Shown piece after piece: positions 47,075-56,939 of a stretch of DNA of 64,000 bases. The stretch spans positions 47,681-111,680 of the forward strand of contig JBBIGR010000008.1 in assembly GCA_037447435.1 (NCBI GenBank). Reading direction: 5' to 3'. Each line of letters opens with the position of its first letter. Position 1 is the first letter of the stretch. Both the position numbers and the translations under genes were made by a program. The notes under the pieces are model-generated. The model was given only the letters and a program-made list of their open reading frames with translations. It ran no database searches and was not told the DNA's origin. The stretch comes from Fibrobacteria bacterium. GTDB taxonomy: Bacteria; Fibrobacterota; Chitinivibrionia; Chitinivibrionales; FEN-1185.

Positions 47075-48250
47075 ATGTTTGCCCCAGATGTTAAAAATAA
47101 ACTTAAAAACATAAGATTGCTAAATGCTATAAACATAACTATGAAACGTGTGTTTACACAAATAGAATATAAATCCAACAAGGAATGGTATAAAAGAAAA
47201 TCGGTTTGTCATCCACATTATTTAAAACCCCCGACACCCCCTTCCTCCGGGAAACCTGCCATATTTTTTCTGGGAACAGACAAGGAACAGGATACAAGCG
47301 GAATCATTCAAGCTCTGCAGAAAATAGGCCAGTTAACTTTTTTTACAAAAGTCGATGGCGCTTATGGTCATAATATTAATCTTGATGTAGTAGAAAAAAG
47401 AAGATGCAATGCAAGCAGATTGCTTCAACTCTTTGATGAATTGCATAAAAAAGGCCAGACTCCTCAAATACTCATTAGCCAAACTTGGGGCGGTTATATC
47501 GATCCTGGAGTTTTTACGGAAATTAAAAAAAAATATGGATCTCTCTGCGTTAATATCGCCATGGATGACAGGCATCAATTCAAAGGGAAAAGAGTAAATG
47601 GAATTTGGAGTGGCACCAAGGGGTTGATCGGCCACATAGATTATGCCCTAACTGCTGCCCCCGAATGCGTTGAATGGTATGAAAAAGAAGGATGTCCTGG
47701 AATGTTTTTTCCTGAAGCGAGTGATCCCAATATATTCCATCCAATGCCGCATCTTGAAAAGAAATTCGAAGTATCATTTATCGGAGCAAAATATGGAATT
47801 CGGGAGCGGCTTGTAAAGGAAATAAAAAAAGCGGGCATCCCGATTACAGCATTTGGCACAGGGTGGGAGAACGGCCGTCTTCCCACAGAAGAAACACCCA
47901 CGCTTTTCGCGCAATCAAAAATTGTCCTTGGCGTAGGAACTATTGGATATTCCGATGATTTTTACAGCCTTAAAATGAGGGACTTTGATGGGCCTATGTC
48001 AGGAAGCTGCTATGTTACAGGGGATAATCCTGATTTATATGAGTTGTATATACCTGAAAAAGAATTGGTATTATACAAATCTGTTCATGATTGCATTACT
48101 AAGATTAAGTGGCTTTTAAACAATGAAGATGAACGGGAAAAAATCGCCCAAGCCGGAAGGGCACGGGCGTTGGCTGATCATACCTGGCAAAAAAGATTTG
48201 AAACGGTTTTTAAAACTCTTGGAATATGGTTTTCATCTGAGGCGATTTAA
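47075..48250 (+). CDS. CgeB-like glycosyltransferase (DUF3880/Glyco_trans_1_2 type), copy 1
   Basis: C-terminal SLKMRDFDGPMSGSCYVT...LVLYKSVHDCITKIKWLLNNEDEREKIAQAGRARALADHTWQKR matches the CgeB-family tail. ATG 47075 lies 2 nt after the upstream stop. Confidence 0.55.
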   Translation: MFAPDVKNKLKNIRLLNAINITMKRVFTQIEYKSNKEWYKRKSVCHPHYLKPPTPPSSGKPAIFFLGTDKEQDTSGIIQALQKIGQLTFFTKVDGAYGHNINLDVVEKRRCNASRLLQLFDELHKKGQTPQILISQTWGGYIDPGVFTEIKKKYGSLCVNIAMDDRHQFKGKRVNGIWSGTKGLIGHIDYALTAAPECVEWYEKEGCPGMFFPEASDPNIFHPMPHLEKKFEVSFIGAKYGIRERLVKEIKKAGIPITAFGTGWENGRLPTEETPTLFAQSKIVLGVGTIGYSDDFYSLKMRDFDGPMSGSCYVTGDNPDLYELYIPEKELVLYKSVHDCITKIKWLLNNEDEREKIAQAGRARALADHTWQKRFETVFKTLGIWFSSEAI

Positions 48251-50226
48251 TGTGCGGAATCTGCGGGATAATTAATATTGATTTTAGTCCAATATCCCCA
48301 CAATTGCTTATTGCAATGAGGGACTCATTGACCCATAGAGGCCCTGATGATTGCGGCTGCGTGTTGCTCAAAATAAACGATACGTCCGAAAGAAAGAACT
48401 TTATTAAATACAAGGAGTGGAAAACTGAGCAAGGAATAGACAGAAGCGGTTATTCCGTAGGGCTTGCGCATAGAAGATTGTCGATCATTGATTTAAGTAT
48501 TGCAGGAAATCAACCAATGGCAGATATGACCGGCTCATTCTGGATAACATTTAACGGGGAAATTTATAATTTTCAGGAAATAAGAAAAACCCTCATAGAA
48601 AAAGGATATTCCTTTAATTCAGGAACAGATACCGAAGTAATTATCAATGCCTATAAAGAGTGGGGGGAAAGATGTCTCGAACATTTTAATGGGATGTTTG
48701 CTTTTGCTCTATACGACAGCCATAAACAACGCCTTTTTCTTGCGCGGGATAGAGTAGGGAAAAAACCTCTTTATTATTGTAAAACTCCGGACGCATTCTA
48801 TTTTTCTTCGGAACTTAAAGCAATATTATCTGTTATCAAATCCATTCCTAATCCGGATTTTGATTCATTAAATTATTATTTTTCGCTCGGGTATATACCT
48901 CATGAAATGACCTTATATTCCGGCATAAAAAAACTGCCCGCAGCGCATGCATGTTTTTTTGATTGCATAAACGGGAAAATGAACATCTGGCGATATTGGG
49001 AATTGCCTGAACCCGGAGGTGATCAACAAAAAATATCCGAGGAAGATTTGATTGAGGAGTTTCATGAGTTGATTTTTAATGCAGTAAAGATAAGGATGAT
49101 TAGTGATGTGCCTGTTGGGGTTTTTTTAAGCGGTGGCCTTGATTCAAGTCTTGTTACCTCCATAGCAGCGCAATGCTCTTCCGAACCGCTTAAAACATTT
49201 ACTGTCTCTTTTCCCGGTTACAAACAATATGATGAAACAGGATATGCAAAAATAATTGCAGATCATTTTTCAACTGATCATTATTGTCTTGATGGTACAG
49301 AAGCTCTTGATTATGTAATCAAGGATGTTCTTGGGTTTCTCGATGAGCCAATTGCAGATTCTTCAATATTGCCGATGTATGTAATTTCTAAGCTTACTCG
49401 GAAGCATGTGACTGTTGCATTGGGCGGCGATGGTGGAGACGAGTTATTTGGAGGATATAATCACTATCAAATGGCAATTAGGCTGCAAAAACGTCTCCGA
49501 TTTATACCTTCAATACTACTTGAATTGGCTGCAAAAGGTTCAGGATTTCTTCCCCCAGGGATGAGAGGAAAGAATTTCATTCAATCTCTCAAACGCGGTC
49601 CTTCAGAAATTCAAATCTGGGGAACGCCATATTTTGAAGCAAACCTTAGAAGAAAAATGTTTTCCAAAGATTTACTTGGAAAGCTAGAACAATCGATTGA
49701 AGCCCCAGAGAAAATGAAGTTGGAATTACTCAAAAAGACGGAAATTATTGATCGGATGATGCGGTTGGATTTTCAAAGCTTTTTATGCGATGATATCCTT
49801 ACCAAGATAGATAGGGCAAGCATGGCTTGTTCATTGGAAGTAAGAAACCCATGGCTTGATTACAGACTTGTGGAATTCAGTTTTAAAAAAGTTCCTTCTT
49901 TCCTGAAGGCAACGGAGAATGAAAAAAAAGTCCTTCCTAAAAAACTTGCCAGACTTTTGTTGCCTTTGCAATTGGATTTAAATCGGAAACAAGGTTTTTC
50001 GGTTCCTCTTGATTCCTGGATGAAAAATAACTTGCCTTTTGTTGATTCATCCATCAATGGATCTATTGTCAATGAATTGATTAAGCCATCCGTCCTAAAG
50101 TCGCTATTTGCCGGAGAATTAAAAGGGCGACTCAATGGTGCAAGATTGTTTTTACTTCTTATGCTCAGCAAAGTGCCTTTTAATCGTGGTAACCAGTTAC
50201 TAAATAATTGTGAAAGTGATATATAA
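48250..50226 (+). CDS. asnB: asparagine synthase family amidotransferase, copy 2
   Basis: MCGICG, HRGPDD, HRRLSIIDLS, FNGEIYNF, LARDRVGKKPLYY and the PP-loop SGGLDSS. TAATG overlap with the upstream gene. Confidence 0.85.
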   Translation: MCGICGIINIDFSPISPQLLIAMRDSLTHRGPDDCGCVLLKINDTSERKNFIKYKEWKTEQGIDRSGYSVGLAHRRLSIIDLSIAGNQPMADMTGSFWITFNGEIYNFQEIRKTLIEKGYSFNSGTDTEVIINAYKEWGERCLEHFNGMFAFALYDSHKQRLFLARDRVGKKPLYYCKTPDAFYFSSELKAILSVIKSIPNPDFDSLNYYFSLGYIPHEMTLYSGIKKLPAAHACFFDCINGKMNIWRYWELPEPGGDQQKISEEDLIEEFHELIFNAVKIRMISDVPVGVFLSGGLDSSLVTSIAAQCSSEPLKTFTVSFPGYKQYDETGYAKIIADHFSTDHYCLDGTEALDYVIKDVLGFLDEPIADSSILPMYVISKLTRKHVTVALGGDGGDELFGGYNHYQMAIRLQKRLRFIPSILLELAAKGSGFLPPGMRGKNFIQSLKRGPSEIQIWGTPYFEANLRRKMFSKDLLGKLEQSIEAPEKMKLELLKKTEIIDRMMRLDFQSFLCDDILTKIDRASMACSLEVRNPWLDYRLVEFSFKKVPSFLKATENEKKVLPKKLARLLLPLQLDLNRKQGFSVPLDSWMKNNLPFVDSSINGSIVNELIKPSVLKSLFAGELKGRLNGARLFLLLMLSKVPFNRGNQLLNNCESDI

Positions 50227-51245
50227 TGAATTCAAAACCTATTGCCTCAATTTGCATCCCGGCATTTAATCGTCCCGTTCGCCTAAAAAGATCGCTTGAA
50301 AGTATTTCTGTGAAATATCCGAAAGATATAGAGATTGTAATTTGCGAAGATAATAGTTCGAAACGAATTGCGATTAGGGAAGTGGTAAAAGAGTATCAAA
50401 AAACTAGTCCAAATGTAGTCAGATATTATGAAAATTCGGAAAATCTGGGGTATGATAAAAACCTTAAAGAACTTATTCGACTAGCAAGTGGAGAATACAT
50501 AATCTACCTAGCAGATGATGATGCTTTTGAAAAAAATGGACTGGACGTAATGATTGCCTTCCTTAAAGAGCATCCTGAATTGGGGTATGTGTTGCGATCT
50601 TATACTTTTATTGATTCAAAGAAGAACAGTGTAAGATTTAGATATTACAATAAAACAAAGTTTTTTAATGCGGGTAAGGAAAGCTATATTGAGATGTTCA
50701 GGAAAAGCGTATTTATATCAGGATTTACCGTAAAGCGAAAATTAGTTGTTCCGCATATGGTTGATGATTTTGACGGTAGCTTGCTTTTTCAATTGTACTT
50801 ATTTTCCGAGGTTGTATTATTTCATCCCAGCGCATATCTCGATATCCCCCTTACAATTGGATTTGAAGGAAGTGAATACAATTTTGGAAATGCGGAAGCG
50901 GAAAAAAAATATTTTGATCCTGGTTCAATAACTCTGCAGAATTCAATAAACTTTCTTGCATGGTTTCCGAAATTGACAGGATATATTGATAAAAAATATG
51001 GAATTTCCTCATCGCCTATGATTCTGAAAGATATGTCGAAATATTTTTACCCAAGTCTGGCGATTCAAAGAGATAAAGGCATCCTGCCTTTTATTGCTTA
51101 TATACGGAAGTTAAACGAACTCGGTTTTAATATCTCTGTGTATTATTATTTATATATAGTAGGCCTGATTTTATTTGGAAAAAGAAATTGCGATAATGGT
51201 ATACGCATACTTAAAAACATTATCGGAAGGACACCGCGGCTATAA
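50226..51245 (+). CDS. glycosyltransferase family 2
   Basis: ASICIPAFNRP...VICEDNS...YLADDDAF. Confidence 0.7.
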   Translation: MNSKPIASICIPAFNRPVRLKRSLESISVKYPKDIEIVICEDNSSKRIAIREVVKEYQKTSPNVVRYYENSENLGYDKNLKELIRLASGEYIIYLADDDAFEKNGLDVMIAFLKEHPELGYVLRSYTFIDSKKNSVRFRYYNKTKFFNAGKESYIEMFRKSVFISGFTVKRKLVVPHMVDDFDGSLLFQLYLFSEVVLFHPSAYLDIPLTIGFEGSEYNFGNAEAEKKYFDPGSITLQNSINFLAWFPKLTGYIDKKYGISSSPMILKDMSKYFYPSLAIQRDKGILPFIAYIRKLNELGFNISVYYYLYIVGLILFGKRNCDNGIRILKNIIGRTPRL

Positions 51246-52127
51246 ATGAATCCCGAAAGTAAAATAATGAGCGCACTCCGTCGATTCAAAATGGATGGCC
51301 TTGCGTGGTCGCTCAGAAGGTTGCATTGCCCCGTTAAGAAAAATGATCTTGTTTTAGAAGTTGGTAGCGGTGGCAACCCATATTTTCGTTCCAACGTTCT
51401 TTGCGATGCATATCTTGAAACCAGAGAAAGGCATTTTGTACCATTGGTTTCTGATCGCCCGACAATCCTGTCCTTTACTGAACAATTACCGTTTCAGGAC
51501 AATGTATTTGATTTCTGTATTGCGTCCCATGTGCTCGAACATTCAAAGGATCCTGCTCGGTTTATAAGCGAAATCCAGCGAGTATCACGAGCCGGGTATA
51601 TCGAGTCACCAGATGCTTTTTTTGAAAGACTTACCGGATATCTGGATCATCGTCTAGAAATAACCTGTAAGAACAATGAGCTGGTTATCCGGAAAAAGAA
51701 AGGACGGTTTGAAGATCCTGAAATTATTGACCTGTTTTTTGGTAACGCTGATGCAGTTTTCGCATCATGGGTTTCAAAGCATCCATTTCATTTCCATGTA
51801 CGATTTTATTGGGAAAAGACTAAGGGTGGCATTAAATACCGCATTGTAAATCCTCAATATGAATTTAACTGGGAATGTCCAATGGCAGAGCCCGCAGCAC
51901 CAAAACGGGAGACTTTTAAAATGAGAATTCGCACTCTTGGAATAAAGAGGCTTAGAAAATTGCTATCTCAAACAAAGCGAAATAAAAAGCTCGATGTCAC
52001 CAAATTTCTTCAATGCCCATTTTGTGCGGGAACGACATTTTCAAGAGCTTCAAAGGCCCTTATATGCAATTCATGCAATAAAGATTTCATAATAATGTCC
52101 GATAACATATATAATTTTGTCAGGTAA
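51246..52127 (+). CDS. SAM-dependent methyltransferase with C-terminal Zn-ribbon (5 of 8)
   Basis: VLEVGSGGNPY and FDFCIASHVLEHSKDP. C-terminal CPFCAGT...CNSCNKDF. Confidence 0.6.
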   Translation: MNPESKIMSALRRFKMDGLAWSLRRLHCPVKKNDLVLEVGSGGNPYFRSNVLCDAYLETRERHFVPLVSDRPTILSFTEQLPFQDNVFDFCIASHVLEHSKDPARFISEIQRVSRAGYIESPDAFFERLTGYLDHRLEITCKNNELVIRKKKGRFEDPEIIDLFFGNADAVFASWVSKHPFHFHVRFYWEKTKGGIKYRIVNPQYEFNWECPMAEPAAPKRETFKMRIRTLGIKRLRKLLSQTKRNKKLDVTKFLQCPFCAGTTFSRASKALICNSCNKDFIIMSDNIYNFVR

Positions 52128-52131
52128 AAGT

Positions 52132-52818
52132 ATGTTTAAGCAATTCTTAGTACGACTAACACTTGCAATTGCCAGAATACTTTGTGACCGAAAAAGGTAT
52201 TCTCGTTTTGGAACACGAGCGAATCTTGGTTGTGGTCTTCATTGTCTGGAAAAATGGGTGAATATTGATGGAAGTCTGACTGCACTTCTTGGATCTCGCA
52301 GGCATAAAGTAATTAACAGGCTTGTCTATGCTGCAGCAGGTTCATCCGCATTTTATCCTTTTGCCCATTACAATGAAGTTTTAACAAAAAAGAAACTATA
52401 TTTTTTTGATTTGCGATACGGGGTCCCCTTCGACAATGACAGTCTTGAGGTAATTTACAGCAGTCACTTTATTGAACATCTTTCCGAAAAAGATGGCGAA
52501 CGTTTTTTGGGGGAATGCTTACGGACTCTTAAGCCCGGCGGCATTTTCCGTCTTTCCTTACCTGACCTTGACGTAGCATTCAAAATGTATTCTGAGAAAC
52601 AATATCTCGAAATGTTGCATATGTTTTTTTACACATCGGAACATTATGATTTTTCTGCTCATAAATTCAATTATAATTTCGACATATTAGCAAAGAAGCT
52701 AGAAAACATCGGTTTTAGCAAAGTTAAAAAATGCTCTTTTCGATCTGGCAATTGCCCTGATATCGATTATCTTGATGTCTATCCCGAACACTCATTTTTT
52801 ATTGAATGCAGTAAATGA
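52132..52818 (+). CDS. class I SAM-dependent methyltransferase (6 of 8)
   Basis: ANLGCGLH, LEVIYSSHFIEHL and LKPGGIFRLSLPD. ATG 52132 lies 4 nt after the upstream stop. Confidence 0.65.
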   Translation: MFKQFLVRLTLAIARILCDRKRYSRFGTRANLGCGLHCLEKWVNIDGSLTALLGSRRHKVINRLVYAAAGSSAFYPFAHYNEVLTKKKLYFFDLRYGVPFDNDSLEVIYSSHFIEHLSEKDGERFLGECLRTLKPGGIFRLSLPDLDVAFKMYSEKQYLEMLHMFFYTSEHYDFSAHKFNYNFDILAKKLENIGFSKVKKCSFRSGNCPDIDYLDVYPEHSFFIECSK

Positions 52819-53936
52819 AAATTCTCATTGCAGGTGATTTTCACTCGGAAATACATGAGCAGAGCTACAGCAAAGCATTCACAGACCTCGGCCACGAAAC
52901 TATTGAATTCAAATGGTTCAACTATTTTAAAGGATACCAGCTTTATAGATCTCAGAAAATAAAAGGCAATAAAATATTTTCCTTGATATATAGGTTTCAA
53001 AATAAATATTCAATCGGACCTGCCATTAATTCCATCAATGGCGATTTTTTCAAATGCTGCATGCAAAATAAGCCCGACATGATATTGTTGTTCAGAGGCG
53101 TTCATATTTGGCAAAGAACAATAAAAAAGGTAAAAAGAAACCTTTCGGGAACAGTGTTTTTTGTCATTAATAATGATGACCCGTTTGGTCAAAATTATCC
53201 ATGGTATTTTTGGCGGCATTTTCGGCAATGTTTGCCAATGTTTGACCATTCATTCGTGTATAGAGAAAAAAACATCGTGGATTTAAAGGCACACGGCATA
53301 ATGCGGGCAAGTATCATGCGGTCATATTATATAAAAGAAAGAAATTACCCCATTGAACGATTGGAAAATAGCGGATTTTCTGCTGATGTTGGATTTATAG
53401 GTCATTTTGAAGACGATGGAAGAGATGAATATTGCAGAATTCTTGCAGAACGATCCGACATAAGATTCAGGATTAATGGACATGAATGGCATAAATCCAA
53501 GCATTATGAATATTTACAAAAACACGCCGGCCCGATTCTTCCTCTCTATAAAAAAGACGAATACAATATTGCAATAAATAGCCTGAAAATTGCATTGGTA
53601 TTTTTATCCAAACTCAACAATGATACGTATACACGTCGTTGTTTCGAAATCCCTGCAGCACGAGTTTTAATGTTAAGCCAATATTCTGAAGACCTTTCTA
53701 AGCTTTTTGAGGAAGGAAAAGAAGCTGTTTATTTCCGAACAAAGAATGAAATGATTCGAAAAATTGAGTATTATCTAAATAATGATCTGGCGAGAAGAGC
53801 TGTTGCAAGGGGTGGTTATGAACGCTTGATGCGGGACGGACATGAAGTTCATAATAGGGCACAACAGGTATGCGATATTTACGAAACAATTGTTTTCCAA
53901 CGGACTCACAAAACAGATTGGCAAACATTGAAATAA
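52815..53936 (+). CDS. CgeB-like glycosyltransferase (DUF3880/Glyco_trans_1_2 type), copy 2
   Basis: MKILIAGDFHSE... N-terminus. C-terminal YTRRCFEIPAARVLMLSQYSEDLSKLFEEGKEAVYFRTKNEMIRKIEYYLNNDLARRAVARGGYERLMRDGHEVHNR. ATGA overlap with the upstream gene. Confidence 0.6.
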   Translation: MKILIAGDFHSEIHEQSYSKAFTDLGHETIEFKWFNYFKGYQLYRSQKIKGNKIFSLIYRFQNKYSIGPAINSINGDFFKCCMQNKPDMILLFRGVHIWQRTIKKVKRNLSGTVFFVINNDDPFGQNYPWYFWRHFRQCLPMFDHSFVYREKNIVDLKAHGIMRASIMRSYYIKERNYPIERLENSGFSADVGFIGHFEDDGRDEYCRILAERSDIRFRINGHEWHKSKHYEYLQKHAGPILPLYKKDEYNIAINSLKIALVFLSKLNNDTYTRRCFEIPAARVLMLSQYSEDLSKLFEEGKEAVYFRTKNEMIRKIEYYLNNDLARRAVARGGYERLMRDGHEVHNRAQQVCDIYETIVFQRTHKTDWQTLK

Positions 53937-53997
53937 ATATTGTATTGACTAATTATAACAGCTGATGCATGGTTTTTATCAAAGGGAAAGAAACTTA

Positions 53998-55872
53998 ATG
54001 TGCGGAATTATCGGATGCTGGCATAAGAACAAAGAACCTGTTTCCGAAAGCTTATTATTTTCAATGCGGGACCGGATGTTCAGCAGAGGGCCGGATGATG
54101 CTGGAGTTTGGTTCAACGACGACAAAACGATAGCGCTCGGTCATAGAAGGCTGTCAATATTAGATTTGTCGTCCTTAGGTCATCAGCCTATGAAATCGGC
54201 GTTTGGAGACAATGTAATAACTTATAATGGCGAGATTTATAATTACCTGGAAATTCGCAAAGAATTGGAAAAAGATGGATTTTGTTTTAAAAGCAATTGC
54301 GATACTGAAGTAGTTATAGCTAGTTATCAAAAGTGGGGTATGAATTGCGTAAAACATTTCAATGGCATGTTTGTTTTTGCTATTTGGGATAATGCAAAAC
54401 GGGGAATGTTTTTGGCGCGTGATCGTATTGGAAAAAAACCTCTTTATTATTTTAATGATGAAAATCGATTCCTATTTGCTTCGCAGATATCTTCGTTGCT
54501 CTTGCATCCAGCGTGCCCGCGGGAAGTTGAAAAGAATGCATTATCATATTATCTTCAAATTGGATTTGTACCGGCGCCATTATCAATGGTTAAAAATGTG
54601 GTGAAAATGCAGGCTGCACATGTCTTATGGATAGACTCATCAGGCATTACGGAACAATGTTATTGGAATGCCGATATGTTTTCAATTGACCCATCACTTG
54701 AGTCGGTCAATGAAAAAGACATCATTGATAAATTCGATTTTCTTTTACGTGATGCAGTGCGGAAACGATTGCTTTCAGACGTTCCGCTCGGCGCATTTCT
54801 GTCCGGTGGCATTGATTCGTCTTTGGTGACGAGTCTTATGTGCCAAGTATCAAGTAACAGACCGAAAACATTTACGATTGGATTTGACAATGAAAAATTC
54901 AACGAAGCCCCTTTTGCCCGGGAGGTTGCACAATATCTAAATACCGATCATTATGAAAAAATCATGACGCCAGAAGACCTTCTTAATCTTATGGAAGACA
55001 ATACATTCCATTACGATGAACCGTTTGCCGACTGGTCAAGTTTGCCGACAATGTTGCTTTCTAAATTTACACGGTCTTCGGTGACCGTTGCTCTTTCGGG
55101 TGATGGGGGTGACGAGTTATTTGCGGGTTATCATTATTATTCAATACTAAAAATATTGCATCATATGAAAAAAATTCCTTCTCAATTGCGGCTTGGTATT
55201 TCGAAAATATTAAAATCTTCCGGCCAGCATCAATTCATTCTGCTTGGCAATGCAATGGAAAACAAAAGTGCTATTGATTCATTTGCATTTATGAGGACTA
55301 TGAGCAAGGATTTTGATATTGGATGGCTTATGGAGGAGCGGGGAAATACTATATCTGATCTTTTTTCCGAGAGGAATAATACTTTTCCCACCGAGGATGA
55401 TGTGTCAAGAGCCTGTCGTCTTGACATGGCCTATTTCTTGACAGATGACATCCTCAAGAAAGTTGATGTTGCCTCAATGGCTGCAAGCCTCGAGGTACGA
55501 AGCCCGATATTGGACTATAGAATAGTTGAATTTGCCCTTTCTTTGCCTGTTAAATATAAATTGAGAGGTTTGACTTCAAAATATTTAATGAAAAAGATTC
55601 TTGGCCGTTATTTGCCTCAAAATCTAATAAAGCGAAAGAAAAAAGGGTTTGTATTGCCCTTGCACCAATGGTTCAGACATGAGCTTAAAGACATGCTTCT
55701 TTCAGAGCTTTGCCGATCAAAAGTAGAACAGTTTCCAGGTTTACGGTTTGATGCCGTTAAACAATTAGTAGATATTCATCTCTCCGGGAAGAGGGACACC
55801 CATCCAATGCTGTGGTCTCTAATTTGTCTTATCCGGTGGAATGAAAAAATCAGAAATTTCCCAGCTTCTTAA
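53998..55872 (+). CDS. asnB: asparagine synthase family amidotransferase, copy 3
   Basis: The start is set at MCGIIG (an Ntn-Cys must follow Met). HRRLSILDLS, YNGEIYNY, LARDRIGKKPLYY and the PP-loop SGGIDSS. Confidence 0.85.
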   Translation: MCGIIGCWHKNKEPVSESLLFSMRDRMFSRGPDDAGVWFNDDKTIALGHRRLSILDLSSLGHQPMKSAFGDNVITYNGEIYNYLEIRKELEKDGFCFKSNCDTEVVIASYQKWGMNCVKHFNGMFVFAIWDNAKRGMFLARDRIGKKPLYYFNDENRFLFASQISSLLLHPACPREVEKNALSYYLQIGFVPAPLSMVKNVVKMQAAHVLWIDSSGITEQCYWNADMFSIDPSLESVNEKDIIDKFDFLLRDAVRKRLLSDVPLGAFLSGGIDSSLVTSLMCQVSSNRPKTFTIGFDNEKFNEAPFAREVAQYLNTDHYEKIMTPEDLLNLMEDNTFHYDEPFADWSSLPTMLLSKFTRSSVTVALSGDGGDELFAGYHYYSILKILHHMKKIPSQLRLGISKILKSSGQHQFILLGNAMENKSAIDSFAFMRTMSKDFDIGWLMEERGNTISDLFSERNNTFPTEDDVSRACRLDMAYFLTDDILKKVDVASMAASLEVRSPILDYRIVEFALSLPVKYKLRGLTSKYLMKKILGRYLPQNLIKRKKKGFVLPLHQWFRHELKDMLLSELCRSKVEQFPGLRFDAVKQLVDIHLSGKRDTHPMLWSLICLIRWNEKIRNFPAS

Positions 55873-55889
55873 ACTAAAATAAGGATTCT

Positions 55890-56873
55890 ATGATTTCAGG
55901 GTACGAAAAGTATTTGGTGTGTCCGCAATGTCAATCAGAATTAACATTGGTTGCAAAAGAAATTGTGGAAGGTCGAGTTCAGACCGGAATTTTAAAATGT
56001 TTAAAATGCCGGACTGAATATGCAATCGTTGGTTTTATTCCGCGATTTATTTCTTCAGATAACTATGCTTTGAGTTTTGGATTTGAGTGGAATATTCATG
56101 GGAAAACACAATACGATTCGGCATCGGGTGCGGCGATTTCTTATGAAAGATTTTTTAAAGAAACACAGTGGCCAAAGGATTTAAGAGGTGAATTACTCTT
56201 AGAAGCAGGTTGTGGTTCTGGCCGGTTTACAGAGCATGCAGCCGCCACTGGTGCAATGGTTATTTCTTTTGATTTGAGCAATGCGGTTGAAGCAAATTAT
56301 CGTTCTAACGGTCACAAAAAAAATGTTCTCATTGTGCAAGCAGACATTTACCACATGCCGTTTGCTCGGGAATCCTTTGATAGGATTTATTGCTTAGGGG
56401 TTCTTCAACATACCCCGGACGTCCATCGGTCATTTGTTGCATTATCTGATCATTTGAAAAAAAACGGCAGCCTAGTCATCGATGTATATCGCAAGTTTCA
56501 TTGGTTAAAACAGATGTTTTTTACAAAATATTGGATCAGACCTATTACAAAAAAAATCGATCCGCAAAAGTTATATTCGATAATTTCTTTATACATACAT
56601 TTGATGTGGCCAATTGCCCGTTGCATTAATGCTCTGCCGATGGGAAGAAAAATTAATACGGTACTGTTAATTGCGGATTTTCGGGGAGTGTTCAATTTAA
56701 ATGAGGAACAATTGAAAGAATGGGCGATATTGGATACTTTTGACATGCTGTCCCCACAATACGATTTTCCGCAAACAATGAGGACTGTTTCAAATTGGTT
56801 TAGAAACTCGCAATTCGCCAAATTTGAAGTTCAGCCTGGGCATATTGGTATTGAAGGAAGAGGCACTAAGTGA
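55890..56873 (+). CDS. Trm112-like Zn-ribbon fused to a class I SAM-dependent methyltransferase (7 of 8)
   Basis: N-terminal CPQCQSEL...CLKCRTEYAIVGFIPRF, then LLLEAGCGSGRF and FDRIYCLGVLQHTPD. Confidence 0.7.
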   Translation: MISGYEKYLVCPQCQSELTLVAKEIVEGRVQTGILKCLKCRTEYAIVGFIPRFISSDNYALSFGFEWNIHGKTQYDSASGAAISYERFFKETQWPKDLRGELLLEAGCGSGRFTEHAAATGAMVISFDLSNAVEANYRSNGHKKNVLIVQADIYHMPFARESFDRIYCLGVLQHTPDVHRSFVALSDHLKKNGSLVIDVYRKFHWLKQMFFTKYWIRPITKKIDPQKLYSIISLYIHLMWPIARCINALPMGRKINTVLLIADFRGVFNLNEEQLKEWAILDTFDMLSPQYDFPQTMRTVSNWFRNSQFAKFEVQPGHIGIEGRGTK

Positions 56874-56939
56874 TATTATATTATTGCACCGATAGGCTAT
56901 TTAAAGGACTGTTTTTGTACCCTTTTTTTATGGGAAAAC

